Positions 1 to 15,501 are shown, counted from the stretch's first letter. The stretch: 64,000 nt of DNA from Kofleriaceae bacterium (GCA_046597055.1 JBKJLC010000293.1:43974-107973), one strand, 5' to 3'. Notes: generated by a model from the sequence alone, not told the origin. A program made the numbers and translations.

Positions 1-332
1 CTGCACGAGGTCATCGGCGTCGAACCCGGACCGGCACAGCTTGCGGGCCAGGCCGGTGAGAAAGGCGCGGTGGGCCCGGGCGAGCTCCTCGAGGCGTCGG
101 CGATCGCGGGCGGCATCCAGCGACGTAACGGACGCGCGGTCGGTTTCTTCCTGGGGCGCCTCGGAATTCCGCATCAAATCGTCTGGATCCTGACCGCCCC
201 AGCATAGACGGCCCGGGCGGGAACCGCCGCATCCGAACGCCACGTGCCCGGGTCTCCCGAGGAGAGCACGGACTTACCATCCCGTGCCGGGACCTCGGGA
301 CCGCGCCCGGCAGGTAAGGGCCCGACTTCGCC

Positions 333-965
333 TTACCGGGCGGGGGCCGCGACCGCGTCTGCCGCGGGCGCCGCCGGCCGGCTGGCCAGGGTGTCGGCGA
401 TCGCCGGCCCGGCCTGGGCAGCGATGCGTCCCATCGCCACGCTCAGCGCGCGGGCCAGGCCCTCGGGGGTCTGCACGGTGAGCGGCTCGACCTCCTCGTA
501 CTGCTCGGTCCACAGGTTGTCGCCGCTGATCACGTCGGTCAGGCGCAGCTCGACCACCACGCGACCGAGCCAGCGCCCCTTCGCCTCGTCGACCTCCTCG
601 ATCGCCGCGACCCGGCCGGTCAGCACCGCCGAGGCCTGCGGCGACGCCTCGCGCACGACCGAGCGGAAGCGGCCGCTGCGCTCGAGCGCGACCTCGAGGT
701 AGTTCGAGATCATGACGCCGGGCGCCGCGCTCCACCGGTGATAGTCGTAATAGTCGAACCGGTACGGGTTGGTCCGATACACGATGCGCTCGTCGTCGTA
801 GGCGGCATCGGTCGCCAGCGCCTCGAGCACCAGCACGGCCTCGCCGCCGGCGGTGCGCCCGGTGGGCGGCGACAGGTGGTAGTAGCGGGTGGTCGGCATC
901 TTGCCGCCACAGGCCGACCCGGCGCACGCGAGCGCCAGCGTCAACACGAGTCCGGTCGCTCTCAT
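333..965 (-). CDS. ABC-type transport auxiliary lipoprotein (PqiC-like)
   Basis: Lipobox-like N-terminus (ACAGSAC), YYHL and YDYHRW motifs; last gene of the mlaE-mlaF-mlaD operon, overlapping the mlaD stop. Confidence 0.75.
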   Translation of the reverse strand: MRATGLVLTLALACAGSACGGKMPTTRYYHLSPPTGRTAGGEAVLVLEALATDAAYDDERIVYRTNPYRFDYYDYHRWSAAPGVMISNYLEVALERSGRFRSVVREASPQASAVLTGRVAAIEEVDEAKGRWLGRVVVELRLTDVISGDNLWTEQYEEVEPLTVQTPEGLARALSVAMGRIAAQAGPAIADTLASRPAAPAADAVAAPAR

Positions 966-1870
966 GGCAGCTTCCTCTCACCCGTCGGGGTCGACAGCAA
1001 CAGCCGCGACGGGCGCTGGCGCAGGTCGCGCGCCAGGTCCTTGAAGCTGCGGCTGGCCTGGCGCAGGTCGAACAGCGCCGAGCCCAGGTGGGTCTGGTTG
1101 GTGCGGACCACGCCGCGCAGGTCGTCGACGAACGCGTTGGCGTTGACGACCATCTTGGGCAGGTCGTTGGCGACCAGGCCGTTGGCGGTGACCAGCAGGG
1201 CGTTGGCGCTCTTGGTCGCCTGATCGACCGACGCCAGCGAGGCCCGGATCATCGTCCGGTTCTCGGACACCATGCCCTGCAGCTCGGCGCTGGTCAGGGC
1301 CATGTTGGCCGACACCGCCTTGGCGTTGGCGAACAGCTCCTCGATGCTGGCGTACTGCGACGGCTTGGTGATCGCCTCGAGGTTGGCCATGACCTGGTTG
1401 GCCCGGCCCATGATCTCGGTCGACTGGTCGACGATGCCCTTGGCCTGCTGCTCGAGCTTGTCGAGCATGGTCTGGCCAGTCGGGATCACCGAGCCGGCCG
1501 CCAGCCGCGGCGACGCCGCCGAGCCGCCCCGCAGGTCGATCACCTTGAGCCCGGTGATGCCGGCCAGCGACAGGACCGCGGTGGTGTCACCGCGGATCGG
1601 CTGGCCTTCCTTGACCTCGATCGCGACCCGCACCTTGGTGGCGTCGCCCGGCGCCAGCGTGATCGACTTGACCGAGCCGACCCGGATGCCGGCGAAGGTG
1701 ACCTCGGCGCCGTCGACCAGCCCGAGCACCGACTCGTCGAACACGATGTAGTAGCGGTCGCGGGTCTCCCACAGACGGAGGCCGCCGAACACCACCAGCA
1801 CCAGCGCCAGCAGGCTGGCGGTGGCGATCACGAACACCCCGAGCTTGATCTTCTGTGCTTTGGACGTCAT
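962..1870 (-). CDS. MCE/MlaD family lipid transport protein
   Basis: N-terminal TM helix, GLVDGAEVTFAGIRVGSV MCE motif, helical C-terminus ending LRQRPSRLL. Confidence 0.9.
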   Translation of the reverse strand: MTSKAQKIKLGVFVIATASLLALVLVVFGGLRLWETRDRYYIVFDESVLGLVDGAEVTFAGIRVGSVKSITLAPGDATKVRVAIEVKEGQPIRGDTTAVLSLAGITGLKVIDLRGGSAASPRLAAGSVIPTGQTMLDKLEQQAKGIVDQSTEIMGRANQVMANLEAITKPSQYASIEELFANAKAVSANMALTSAELQGMVSENRTMIRASLASVDQATKSANALLVTANGLVANDLPKMVVNANAFVDDLRGVVRTNQTHLGSALFDLRQASRSFKDLARDLRQRPSRLLLSTPTGERKLP

Positions 1871-1877
1871 GGGAACC

Positions 1878-2678
1878 TCACGCGGGCACGACGGAGCGCG
1901 CCGGCCGCCGGCGCTTCTTGTCGCCGCGGTCCACGGCGATACGGTGGAAGAAGTTGTAGACGGTCTCGTCGGTCGACGCCGACAGCTCGGGGATGGTGCC
2001 GGTGGCGCAGATCACACCGTCGGCCAGCATCACCGCGCGGTCGGCGATGGTCCGGATGCTCTCGAGCTCGTGGGTCACCGCGACGATCGAGATGCCGAAG
2101 ATCTTGCGGAACTGCAGGAGGGTCTCGTCGATGCCGGCCGCCACCACCGGGTCGAGCCCGGCCGAGGGCTCGTCGCAGAAGATGATCTCGGGGTCGAGGA
2201 TCGACGCCCGCGCCAGCGCCGCGCGCTTGCGCTGGCCGCCCGACATCTGCGACGGGTAGCGCTGCTCGAGCCCGCCCAGCCCGACCACCGCCAGCTTCAT
2301 CATCGCCATCTCCTTGATGATCGAGTCGGGTAACGAGGTGCACTCGCGCAGCGGCAGCGCCACGTTCTCGAGCACGGTGGTCGCACCGAACAGCGCGTCC
2401 TGCTGGAACAGCATGCCGGTGCGGCGCAGCAGCTGATCGCGCTGCTCGTCGGGGATGCCGTAGAGCGGCTGGCCGAGCAGGAACACCTCGCCCGACAGCG
2501 GCGGCAACAGGCCGGTGATCGTGCGCAGCAGGGTCGACTTGCCGCAGCCCGACGAGCCGAGCAGGGTGACGATCTCGCCCTGCTCGATCCGCAGGTCGAC
2601 GCCCTCGAGCACCGGCGACCCCGGGTCGTAGCCGACCACGACGTCCTTGCAGTGGACCAGCGGGTAGTCGGTGGTCAC
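1878..2678 (-). CDS. ABC transporter ATP-binding protein (MlaF/Mkl family)
   Basis: Walker A GSSGCGKS, signature MSGGQRKR, DEPSAGLDP; GTG start at 2678 overlaps the mlaE stop (ORF-track N-terminal extension is spurious). Confidence 0.9.
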   Translation of the reverse strand: MTTDYPLVHCKDVVVGYDPGSPVLEGVDLRIEQGEIVTLLGSSGCGKSTLLRTITGLLPPLSGEVFLLGQPLYGIPDEQRDQLLRRTGMLFQQDALFGATTVLENVALPLRECTSLPDSIIKEMAMMKLAVVGLGGLEQRYPSQMSGGQRKRAALARASILDPEIIFCDEPSAGLDPVVAAGIDETLLQFRKIFGISIVAVTHELESIRTIADRAVMLADGVICATGTIPELSASTDETVYNFFHRIAVDRGDKKRRRPARSVVPA

Positions 2679-3829
2679 GCGCCCCCCGAGGCGGTCAGCG
2701 TGGTGATGGTGGCGAACGCGGCGTCGACCACGATGACGAGGAAGATGCACACCACCACGGTCTTGGTGGTCGAGGTGCCGACGCTGCTGGCGTCGCCGCC
2801 GGCGCCCAGGCCCATGTAGCTGCCGGTGAAGCCGATGATCCAGGCGAACACCAGGCTCTTGCCGACGCCGTGGACGAAGTCGCCGAGCACGACCGCGTCG
2901 GTGGTGCGGCCCCAGAAGGTGAGGATCGACATGTCCATCGACATCGCGGTGACCAGCATGCCGCCGCCGATGCCGATGAACATCGCGATCAGCGCCAGCG
3001 CCGGCTGCATGATCGAGAGCGCCAGGATCCGCGGCAGCACCAGGAACCGGACCGGGCTCACGCCCATCGCCCGCAGCGCGTCGACCTCGGCGCGCACCCG
3101 CATGGTGCCGAGCTCGGCCGCGATCGCGGCGCCGGTCCGGCCGGTCAGGATGATCGCGGTCATCATGGGGCCGAACTCGCGGACCATGGAGACGCTGACC
3201 AGGTCGGCCACGAACACGCCGGCGCCGAACTGGCGCAGCTGGACCGAGCCCTGGAACGCCATCGTCATGCCCAGCAGGAAGCTGAGCAGGCCGACGATGA
3301 AGATGCCGTCGACGCCGATCGTGACGGCCTGGTGGAACAGCGCGCCCTCGGGCAAGCGCTTGCGCCGGGTCAGCACCGCCCACGCCTCGCGGCCGGTGTC
3401 GGCGACCAGGCCCCAGAAGTCGCGGGCCTTGCCGGCGGCCATGACCATGCGGTCACCGGCGCGCTCGAAGATGCCGACGTGCTCGGGCGCCGGGGCCCGC
3501 TCGTCGCGACCGCGGCGCAGCAGCTCGAGCGCCGCCTGGTGGCGGTCGCTGAGCGCGCGAGTGTCGAAGCGCTTGCCCCGCCGCGCCATCATGCGGGTAG
3601 CGAGCGACATGACCGCGACTCCCGAGGAGTCGAGCCGGCCGGTCTCGGAGAAGTCGACGATGACCGCCTTCACCTCGCGCCGCGCGGCCACCGCCTTGAG
3701 GCGCCGGTAGAAGGACCGGGCGGTCGGGATCGTGAGATCCCCCTTCACCCGCAGGACGACGGTCGTACCGATGCCCGGGGCGTGCGACGTCTCGCCGTCG
3801 TCGCGCGATTTTCTGAGCTGGGGCATCAC
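2675..3829 (-). CDS. MlaE family ABC permease with N-terminal STAS domain
   Basis: DFSETGRLDSSG STAS motif; REFGP and GAAIAAELGTMRV permease motifs. Confidence 0.9.
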   Translation of the reverse strand: MMPQLRKSRDDGETSHAPGIGTTVVLRVKGDLTIPTARSFYRRLKAVAARREVKAVIVDFSETGRLDSSGVAVMSLATRMMARRGKRFDTRALSDRHQAALELLRRGRDERAPAPEHVGIFERAGDRMVMAAGKARDFWGLVADTGREAWAVLTRRKRLPEGALFHQAVTIGVDGIFIVGLLSFLLGMTMAFQGSVQLRQFGAGVFVADLVSVSMVREFGPMMTAIILTGRTGAAIAAELGTMRVRAEVDALRAMGVSPVRFLVLPRILALSIMQPALALIAMFIGIGGGMLVTAMSMDMSILTFWGRTTDAVVLGDFVHGVGKSLVFAWIIGFTGSYMGLGAGGDASSVGTSTTKTVVVCIFLVIVVDAAFATITTLTASGGA

Positions 3830-3977
3830 CGTCCGCTTCGTTCTGCAAGAAGCGATGCAGTAGGTTTTCCGTCGTAATCTCGAGGTGCTACGTGCGCGGT
3901 ACGAGCGCCCATGTCACACCGGGCGGTTGAGACACAGCGCACCTGGACCTGAGACGTCGCCGCTCGGTCGTCCCGGA

Positions 3978-7145
<3,168 letters not shown>

Positions 7146-7171
7146 GGAGATCTCCTGCCAACCAGCCGCGG

Positions 7172-8269
7172 TTACTGGACCTTGACGCCGTCGACGACCA
7201 GCTCGTCGACGGTGGCCGCGACCCGGTCACCGACCGCCACGCCGCGCACGATCGAGAGCTTGTCGCCGGGCAGCTCGGGGCCGATCTGGACCACGCGCTC
7301 CTCGAGCCGATCCTTCACCACCACGAACAGCCGCCAGGTCTTGCCGCGCCGGACCACCGCGGTCTTCGGCACCGCCGGCAGCGGCTTCTGGCCCAGCGTG
7401 AGGGTCGCCTCGGCGAACATGCCGGGCGTCAGCGGCGAGCCCGGGGCCAGCTGGGCCTCGGCGACCAGCGCGCGGGTGCGACCGATCTCGGTGCCGATCT
7501 TGGTGACCTTGCCAGGGTAGCTCTTGCCGGGATACGCGATCGCGGTGACCTCGACCGGCTGGCCCTGCTGGATCCGCGGCACCGACGCCTCGGGCACGCT
7601 CAGATCGACCCGCAGCGGGTCGTCGTCGACCAGCGTCACCAGCGGCACGCCGGGGCCGACCCACTCGCCGGGCGCGACGTAGCGCTCGCTGATCACGCCG
7701 GCGAACGGCGCCCGCACGATGCCGTCGTTGATCGACTTCGATGCCAGCTGGAGCTGGGCGCGGGTGGCGGCCACGGTCTGGGCCGCGGCGGTGCAGCTGG
7801 TGGTGTCGCGATCGAACTGCGAGCGGGTGATCGCGCCCTTCTCGAACAGCTGCTGCGAGCGCTTGCACTCGCCGTCGGCCAGCCGCTCCTGGGCCTGGGC
7901 CGCCGCCAGCTGGGCGCGGATCGACTGCGCCGACAGCGCCGCGTTCGAGGCGTCGAGCCGGACCAGCGGATCGCCCAGCTTCACGCGATCGCCGCGGTTG
8001 ACCAGCACGGTGAGGACCTTGCCGGGCACCGACGACGTCACCTCCGACGACTCGTCGGGCTTGACCATGCCGGTCAGGGTGAGGCGGTCGGGCGCGGGCA
8101 GGCTCTCCACGGTGGCGAGCGCGATCTTGGCGGTCGCGGCGGCCGCATCGACCTTGCCCGACCGGGCCTCCGAGCGCGTACCGCACGCGGCGGCGGTGGT
8201 GGCGAGCGCGAGGGCGAGGGTGGTGCGCAGCAACATGAGACCTCGGGAAGGCAGGCGGGCGGGGATCAT
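7172..8269 (-). CDS. RND periplasmic adaptor (membrane fusion protein)
   Basis: Lipoyl-like GDRVKLGDPLVRL and VRAPFAGVI motifs; ATG at 8269 overlaps the TolC stop (ATGA); ATG at 8236 is an alternative start. Confidence 0.9.
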   Translation of the reverse strand: MIPARLPSRGLMLLRTTLALALATTAAACGTRSEARSGKVDAAAATAKIALATVESLPAPDRLTLTGMVKPDESSEVTSSVPGKVLTVLVNRGDRVKLGDPLVRLDASNAALSAQSIRAQLAAAQAQERLADGECKRSQQLFEKGAITRSQFDRDTTSCTAAAQTVAATRAQLQLASKSINDGIVRAPFAGVISERYVAPGEWVGPGVPLVTLVDDDPLRVDLSVPEASVPRIQQGQPVEVTAIAYPGKSYPGKVTKIGTEIGRTRALVAEAQLAPGSPLTPGMFAEATLTLGQKPLPAVPKTAVVRRGKTWRLFVVVKDRLEERVVQIGPELPGDKLSIVRGVAVGDRVAATVDELVVDGVKVQ

Positions 8270-9684
8270 CGGACGTCGTTGCCGGTAACGTGGTGAAGGC
8301 GGGTCCGGGCGATCCGACGATCGATCAACGCGTCGATCGATGCGATGCGGGCGCGGGTCAGCTCGGTTTCGGCGTCGACCAGCTCGAGCGCGGTGGCGCG
8401 CTCGGCCGCGAGCAGCTCCTGGCGAACCCGGTAGCTCTCCTCGGCCGCGACCAGGCCCTGCTCGGTCGCGGCCAGCGCGGCGTCGGCGAGCAACACGGCC
8501 TGGCGGGCCGCGGTGATCTCGCCGCGGATGCCGAGCTCGAGCCCGGCGCGATCGGCGGCCAGCGCGCGCTCCTGGGCGGCGAGCTTGGCGTCGTTCGGTC
8601 CGACGTGCAGGAAGTCGTTGAGCGACCACGACAGCTTCGCGCCGGCCGCCCAGGTGAAGGTGAACTTGTCCTCGGCCGGGAACACCCGCTGGTTGGGGTT
8701 GTCGTAGACGCCCTGGGCGAACACGTCGAGCTGGGGGAGCCGATCGGCCCGCTCCGCCTTGCGCTGCTGGCCGAGGGCGGCCGCGGCCGCGTCGAGCGCA
8801 CCCAGCTCGAGTCGCTGCTGGAGCGCGGTCCGCAGGAGCACGGCGTTCGCCGCCACCGCCTCGTCGGTCCCGGCCACGCGGACATCTTCGCCGATCACCA
8901 GCGGCTCGTCGGGGCCGGCGCCGATCGCGATCCGCAGCTGCTCGCCGCGCAGCGCGACCAGCTGGCCGACCTGCGCCACCGCCAGCTCGGCCTGCGCGCG
9001 CAGGGCCTCGAGCCGGAGCACGTCCGCCTTCGACACCCGCTGCGCCTCGGCGAGCGCGCGCACCCGATCGAGGTTGCCGGTCACCTGCACCAGCAGCCGG
9101 CCGGCGACGATCACCTGCAGCTCGGCGCGGACCCACTCGTAGTAGGCGACCCGGGCCCCGGCCGCCGCGGACAGCTCGCTGGCGTGGCGGGAGATGGTGG
9201 CGGCGGTGACCCCAAGCTCGGTCGCACGCTTGAGCGTCGGCAAGTAGATGAACAGCTTGGTCAGCGGCATCGCGACCTGGGCGCCCAGGTGATACGAATT
9301 CTGGAAGATCGGAAACGGGATGCCCCCGCCCAGGGTGGGTGGGTCGAGGTACGACAGTCGGGTGTAGCCCGCGCTGACGGTGGTGAGCGGCACCAGGGCC
9401 ACCGTGATCGACGACAGCCCGGTGCGGAGCTCCTCGACCTCGGCGGTCTTGCGGCGAACGGTCGGGCTGGCCTTCTTCGCCCGCGCGGCGGCCTGGTCGG
9501 CGGTGAGCCCGCCCGCCTGGCCGAGCAGCTTGCCAACCTCGTCGTCGAAGGAGGCGGTCGTGGTCGGTGGCGTCGGTGCCGCCGGAGCCGTGGGTGCCTG
9601 CGGCCGCGGGGCCGGGGAGCGCTGAGCGGCCGCCGGACCGGCGAACGCGGCGAGCGCGAGCGCCGCGGGGAGGAGACGTCGCAT
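8266..9684 (-). CDS. TolC family outer membrane efflux protein
   Basis: Signal peptide, OEP helical repeats, first gene of the TolC-MFP-RND operon. Confidence 0.85.
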   Translation of the reverse strand: MRRLLPAALALAAFAGPAAAQRSPAPRPQAPTAPAAPTPPTTTASFDDEVGKLLGQAGGLTADQAAARAKKASPTVRRKTAEVEELRTGLSSITVALVPLTTVSAGYTRLSYLDPPTLGGGIPFPIFQNSYHLGAQVAMPLTKLFIYLPTLKRATELGVTAATISRHASELSAAAGARVAYYEWVRAELQVIVAGRLLVQVTGNLDRVRALAEAQRVSKADVLRLEALRAQAELAVAQVGQLVALRGEQLRIAIGAGPDEPLVIGEDVRVAGTDEAVAANAVLLRTALQQRLELGALDAAAAALGQQRKAERADRLPQLDVFAQGVYDNPNQRVFPAEDKFTFTWAAGAKLSWSLNDFLHVGPNDAKLAAQERALAADRAGLELGIRGEITAARQAVLLADAALAATEQGLVAAEESYRVRQELLAAERATALELVDAETELTRARIASIDALIDRRIARTRLHHVTGNDVR

Positions 9685-9698
9685 GTCATGTCGGGCAA

Positions 9699-9714
9699 AG
9701 CACCGCTCGTGCCA
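9699..9714 (-). promoter_or_regulatory. Putative sigma54 (-24/-12) promoter of the efflux operon
   Basis: Minus strand TGGCACGAGCGGTGCT versus consensus TGGCAC-N5-TTGCW; adjacent divergent sigma54 activator. Confidence 0.6.
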
Positions 9715-9857
9715 TCGCGCACCCTGGAGGTTGCGAGCGGTTATGTGCGGGCGAGCCGGGGCTGTCGGGTTCCGCTGTCGGATCGCCTTACAGCGAGTGA
9801 CGGTTCAGCGTACGCCGCGACCTCGGCTGGCGCCGCCAGCTCGGCTAGCATGCCGCC

Positions 9858-11252
9858 ATGTCGTCGCAGGCCGCGCTGTCGGACCCGTTCCCGCCGGTTG
9901 GCCCGCGGCTCGCAGGGACCGCGGCCGTGTGGCGAGGTACCCGCAACGATCTGCTCATCGCCACCGGTCACCGGAACATGCGCTTCACCGCCACGGTGGG
10001 GCTCATCTCGAACGGGCTCCTGGCCGGCATCTTCGTCCACGCCGGGTATCCCACCTGGCGCGTCATCGCGCAGCTCACGGTGTTCGCGCTCATGGTGTCG
10101 GCGCAGTTCTTCACCGTGAGGCGGGTCCGCCGCACCGCGACCTGCATCGATCAGGCGGTGGTCGGCCTCCACAGCATGGCGCAGGTCTACCTGGTCGGCG
10201 TGGTCGCGCTCACCGGCGGTCTGCACAGCCCGCTGATCGCGTCGATCGGCTCCGCGACTGCGTTGCCCATCATCTTCTTCGGCGCGCAGGCGGTGTCGCG
10301 GCGGCTGACGGCGTCGCTGGTGGTCCTGTTCGTCGCGATGGCGATGCTGCCAGGCGCCTGGTTGGGCCCAGCCCTGCCACCCGATCACTACATCGCGGCC
10401 GCGATCATCTCGTTCGTGTGGACGGTCCTGATCGTCACCACCTTCGTGACGCGCATCCACCACGCGACCGTGGCGGCGTCGTGCACGGTCGACCGGCTCA
10501 GCGAGGAGCAGGTCGCGGCCAGCGCCGAGCAGCTGCTGCGCCTGCAGTCGGTGGGCTCGAAGGTCGCCCACGAGCTCAAGAACCCGCTAGCGTCGATCAA
10601 GGGGCTGGTCCAGCTGGTCGCGCGCTCGACCGAATCGGCCAAGAACCAGGAGCGGCTCGAGGTGGTGCGCAGCGAGATCGTTCGCATGGAGACGATCCTC
10701 GCCGAGTATCTGTCGTTCTCGCGTCCGCTCGACGAGCTGCGACCGCAGCCGGTCGACGTCGCCGCGCTGGTCGCCGACGTGATCACGGTGATCGCGGGCC
10801 GCGCCGAGCAGGCAACCATCGCCGTCGCGGTCGACACCCGGCCGGCAAAGATCGCGGCCGATCCGCGCCGGCTCAAGGAGGCGCTGCTCAACCTGCTGGC
10901 CAACGCGATCGAGGCGACCCCGGCCGGCGGCCGCATCGCGGTGATCGCCCGACCCGCCGACGGCGCCGACGGCGGCGCGATGATCGAGGTCCGCGACACC
11001 GGCCGCGGCATCAAGCCCGACGACCTCGCGCGGCTCGGCACCTCGTTCTTCACCACCCGCGACGGCGGCACCGGGCTCGGCGTGGTGCTGGCCCACAACG
11101 TCGTCGCCCAGCACGGCGGCACCATGCACTACGCGAGCGCGCCCGGCCGCGGCACCAGCGTGACCATCCGGCTGCCCCCGGCGCCGACCCCGGCGGCCCA
11201 GGGCCTGGCGCTGACGACCTCGCCGGCCCGGTCGCTCGAGCCGGCCGCCTGA
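9858..11252 (+). CDS. Membrane sensor histidine kinase
   Basis: Several TM segments, H-box AHELKNPL, N-box NLLANA, DTGRG and GTGLG. Confidence 0.92.
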   Translation: MSSQAALSDPFPPVGPRLAGTAAVWRGTRNDLLIATGHRNMRFTATVGLISNGLLAGIFVHAGYPTWRVIAQLTVFALMVSAQFFTVRRVRRTATCIDQAVVGLHSMAQVYLVGVVALTGGLHSPLIASIGSATALPIIFFGAQAVSRRLTASLVVLFVAMAMLPGAWLGPALPPDHYIAAAIISFVWTVLIVTTFVTRIHHATVAASCTVDRLSEEQVAASAEQLLRLQSVGSKVAHELKNPLASIKGLVQLVARSTESAKNQERLEVVRSEIVRMETILAEYLSFSRPLDELRPQPVDVAALVADVITVIAGRAEQATIAVAVDTRPAKIAADPRRLKEALLNLLANAIEATPAGGRIAVIARPADGADGGAMIEVRDTGRGIKPDDLARLGTSFFTTRDGGTGLGVVLAHNVVAQHGGTMHYASAPGRGTSVTIRLPPAPTPAAQGLALTTSPARSLEPAA

Positions 11253-11331
11253 GCGGAGCGGGCTCCGGCCAGCGACGACCGACGAAAGGGCGGGTGGAAG
11301 CCCATGCGTCCCCCCCGCGCGGCCGCGTACG

Positions 11332-12732
<1,401 letters not shown>

Positions 12733-12812
12733 CCGGCACCGCGCTGCGGTGCGCGCCGCCCCGCGCGTGAAGGACGCGTGAAGCCGGCTGGACCGCCCCT
12801 GCCGCCTGGCTG

Positions 12813-13631
12813 ATGATGGCCGCCGTGAAGCACCTCGCCGCGCTCATCGTCCTGGCCGGCCTCGTCACCGCGCCTTGCCCCGCCCGCGCCGACGACGAGG
12901 TGGCGCCGGTGGACCGCGGGCTCCACGGGCCGATCGTCCTGACCGGCGTGACCCTCTATATCCTCGGCGAGAGCGTGCTGAAGGGGCCGATCTCGCCCGA
13001 CACCTGCCGCTGGTGTGGACCGGTCCTGTTCGATGGCGCCGTGCGCGACGCGCTGGTGTGGCCGCGCCGCGACATCGCGCACCAGCTCAGCAACGCCACC
13101 GGGTTCGTCGGCGCGCCGCTGGCCGCGTTCGGCGGGCTCGCCCTCGCCGCCCGTCTCGACGATCGCAGCGGCACGTTCGTCGACGACGCGCTGATCGTCG
13201 CCGAGTCCGCGGTGCTCTCCGGCACCGTCAACTACCTGATCAAGGCGGCGGTCGGCCGCGAGCGCCCGTTCGTGCACGCGCTCGCCGACGAAGACAAGCC
13301 GCTGACCCGACGCCCCCAGGACAACAACCTGTCGTTCTACTCGGGCCACTCGGCGTACAGCATGAGCCTGGCCGTCTCGGCCGGCACGGTCGCGTCGATG
13401 CGCGGCTACCGGTGGGCGCCCGCGATCTGGGGCACCGGCGTCGGCCTGTCGCTCACGACCGGCTACCTGCGCATCGCCGCCGACAAGCACTGGACCACCG
13501 ACGTCGTGGTCGGCTGGGTCGCCGGCGCCGCCATCGGCTACCTGGTCCCCCAGTTCCATCGCAAGTCCAGCCGCACCGGCGTGGTCCCCTCGGCCACCGG
13601 CCAGACCGTCGGCATGTCCTTCCGCTGGTAG
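12813..13631 (+). CDS. PAP2 family phosphatase
   Basis: KAAVGRERP, SFYSGH, RIAADKHWTTD motifs; start uncertain by a few codons. Confidence 0.85.
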   Translation: MMAAVKHLAALIVLAGLVTAPCPARADDEVAPVDRGLHGPIVLTGVTLYILGESVLKGPISPDTCRWCGPVLFDGAVRDALVWPRRDIAHQLSNATGFVGAPLAAFGGLALAARLDDRSGTFVDDALIVAESAVLSGTVNYLIKAAVGRERPFVHALADEDKPLTRRPQDNNLSFYSGHSAYSMSLAVSAGTVASMRGYRWAPAIWGTGVGLSLTTGYLRIAADKHWTTDVVVGWVAGAAIGYLVPQFHRKSSRTGVVPSATGQTVGMSFRW

Positions 13632-13659
13632 CCCTTCGCCCCCGGACCCCGGCGCCGGG

Positions 13660-15501
13660 CTACAGCCGCTGGCCCCAGGGATGGCGCGCGATCAGCGCCA
13701 CCGCCCGGGTCCGCGCCCGATCATCGAGCCGGTCGTCGGCGGCCTCCGCCAGCGCGGCCGCCAGCTCGGTCGCCGAGGCGAACCGGTCTATGCGATCCTT
13801 GGCCAGCCCGATCGCGAGCACCCGGTCGACATCGGCGGGCAGCTCGATCAGCGCCGACGGGCGGGTCGGCATCTTGAAGACGACGTCGTAGAGCGTCGAC
13901 GGCACGTCCTTGCCGGTGAACGCCGGGTGGCCGGTGAGACAGCGGTAGACGATCGCCGCCAGCGCGTAGACGTCGGCGCGCAGGTCGACCTCCTCGCCGC
14001 GGGCTTGCTCGGGCGCCATGTAGCCCGGGGTGCCGACCACGTGCCCGGCGGTGAGGGTACCGCCGTGGTCGGCGACCTTCGACACGCCGAAGTCGAGCAG
14101 CTTCCAGGTGAAGCGGCCGGTCTCCTCGGCGAGGAACAGGTTGTGGGGCTTGATGTCGCGGTGCACGACGCCGGTCCGGTGCGCGACCTCGAGGCCGGTC
14201 GCGAGCTGCCGGACCAGGATCACCACCTGGGCGAGCGGGAGCCGACGGGCCCGGCGCAGGTGGTGGGCGAGATCGAAGCCGCGCAGCCGCTCCATCGCGA
14301 TGAACGGAATCTCGCCGGCGGTCATGCCGACCTCGTGGACCGCCACCAGGTACGGGCTGTCGAGCCGCGCCGCCACCTCGGCCTCGCGCAAGAAGCGCGC
14401 GACCGCCTGCGGATCCGCCAGCGTGCTGGGGTGCAGCAGCTTGACCGCCGCGTCGCGCTGGTCGTGGACGCTGGTCGCGTCATAGACCTCGCCCATGCCC
14501 CCGCGCCCGATCAGGTTGCCCAGCCGGTACGAGCCGATCTCCTGGCCGGTGTAGCGGCCGGGACCGCCGACCTTGAGCGCGCGATCGAGCTCCTGGCGGA
14601 CCTCGGCGAGCAGCGCCTCGCGCATCGAGATCGCGCGCACCGCGCGGTCGAGCCGCTCGACCGCCTCCAGCGTGGCCCGCCGGCTGCGCCGCCCGAAGTA
14701 CAGCGCCGACAGGTACAGCATCTGGATGGTGACGTGCGAGATCACCTGGTCCGGGATCGGCAGCGCGGTCGACCGCATCACGCTGATCTCGGTCACCGCC
14801 CCGGTCGCGAACAGCGCGGCCATGGTCAGGTGTCCGATCGCCCCGAACCCGTACAGGAGCAGCGCGTCGCGCAGGCTGTGGCCGAGGCTGAAAAAATAGA
14901 CCCCGAACAGCATCATCGAGCAGGCCGGTGACACCACGCCCCAGTAGAGGGTGCCGCCCAGCATCGCGAGGATGCCGAACACGCCGGCGACCAGCACCCG
15001 GCTGCTGGTGAACCGCGCCGGATCGCGCATCTGCACCAGGAGCCAGCTGGTGGCGGCCACCACCGCGGCCAGGGTGACGCCGAAGATCGCCTTGGCCACC
15101 GGGTTGCCGCCAGCCGGCAGCACCGCGACCGACGCGCCCAGCGCGAGCATGATCGCGAGTCGCGAGAACGCGCGGGTGCGCTCGATCTCCTCGACCCGCA
15201 TCGCGTCGATCGGCGTGGCGGCGGTCGACTGCCGGGTGTCGCCCTCGGCGCTCGGCAGCAGGCCGTGGGTCGACGGCAGTTGCTGGGTCGGCTGGCCGTG
15301 GACGACGTCGACCGGCCCGGTCGACGCGGTCGCGCTCGGTCCCGGCCGGCGGCGCGCCGCCGGGGCCGCCGCCTGGGTCGCCGACTCGCGGATCAGATCG
15401 AAGGTCGCACCGTCGAGAACGTCGCGATCGTCGCCGTGCGGGTCGGGCGTCGCCGGATCAGCGCCGACGGCGTCCCCCTTGCTGCGCTCGCGCCCCGTCA
15501 C
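13660..15501 (-). CDS. Membrane-anchored Ser/Thr protein kinase
   Basis: N-terminal TM region; GRGGMGEVY, HRDIKPHN, DFG, GTPGYMAPE. Confidence 0.93.
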   Translation of the reverse strand: MTGRERSKGDAVGADPATPDPHGDDRDVLDGATFDLIRESATQAAAPAARRRPGPSATASTGPVDVVHGQPTQQLPSTHGLLPSAEGDTRQSTAATPIDAMRVEEIERTRAFSRLAIMLALGASVAVLPAGGNPVAKAIFGVTLAAVVAATSWLLVQMRDPARFTSSRVLVAGVFGILAMLGGTLYWGVVSPACSMMLFGVYFFSLGHSLRDALLLYGFGAIGHLTMAALFATGAVTEISVMRSTALPIPDQVISHVTIQMLYLSALYFGRRSRRATLEAVERLDRAVRAISMREALLAEVRQELDRALKVGGPGRYTGQEIGSYRLGNLIGRGGMGEVYDATSVHDQRDAAVKLLHPSTLADPQAVARFLREAEVAARLDSPYLVAVHEVGMTAGEIPFIAMERLRGFDLAHHLRRARRLPLAQVVILVRQLATGLEVAHRTGVVHRDIKPHNLFLAEETGRFTWKLLDFGVSKVADHGGTLTAGHVVGTPGYMAPEQARGEEVDLRADVYALAAIVYRCLTGHPAFTGKDVPSTLYDVVFKMPTRPSALIELPADVDRVLAIGLAKDRIDRFASATELAAALAEAADDRLDDRARTRAVALIARHPWGQRL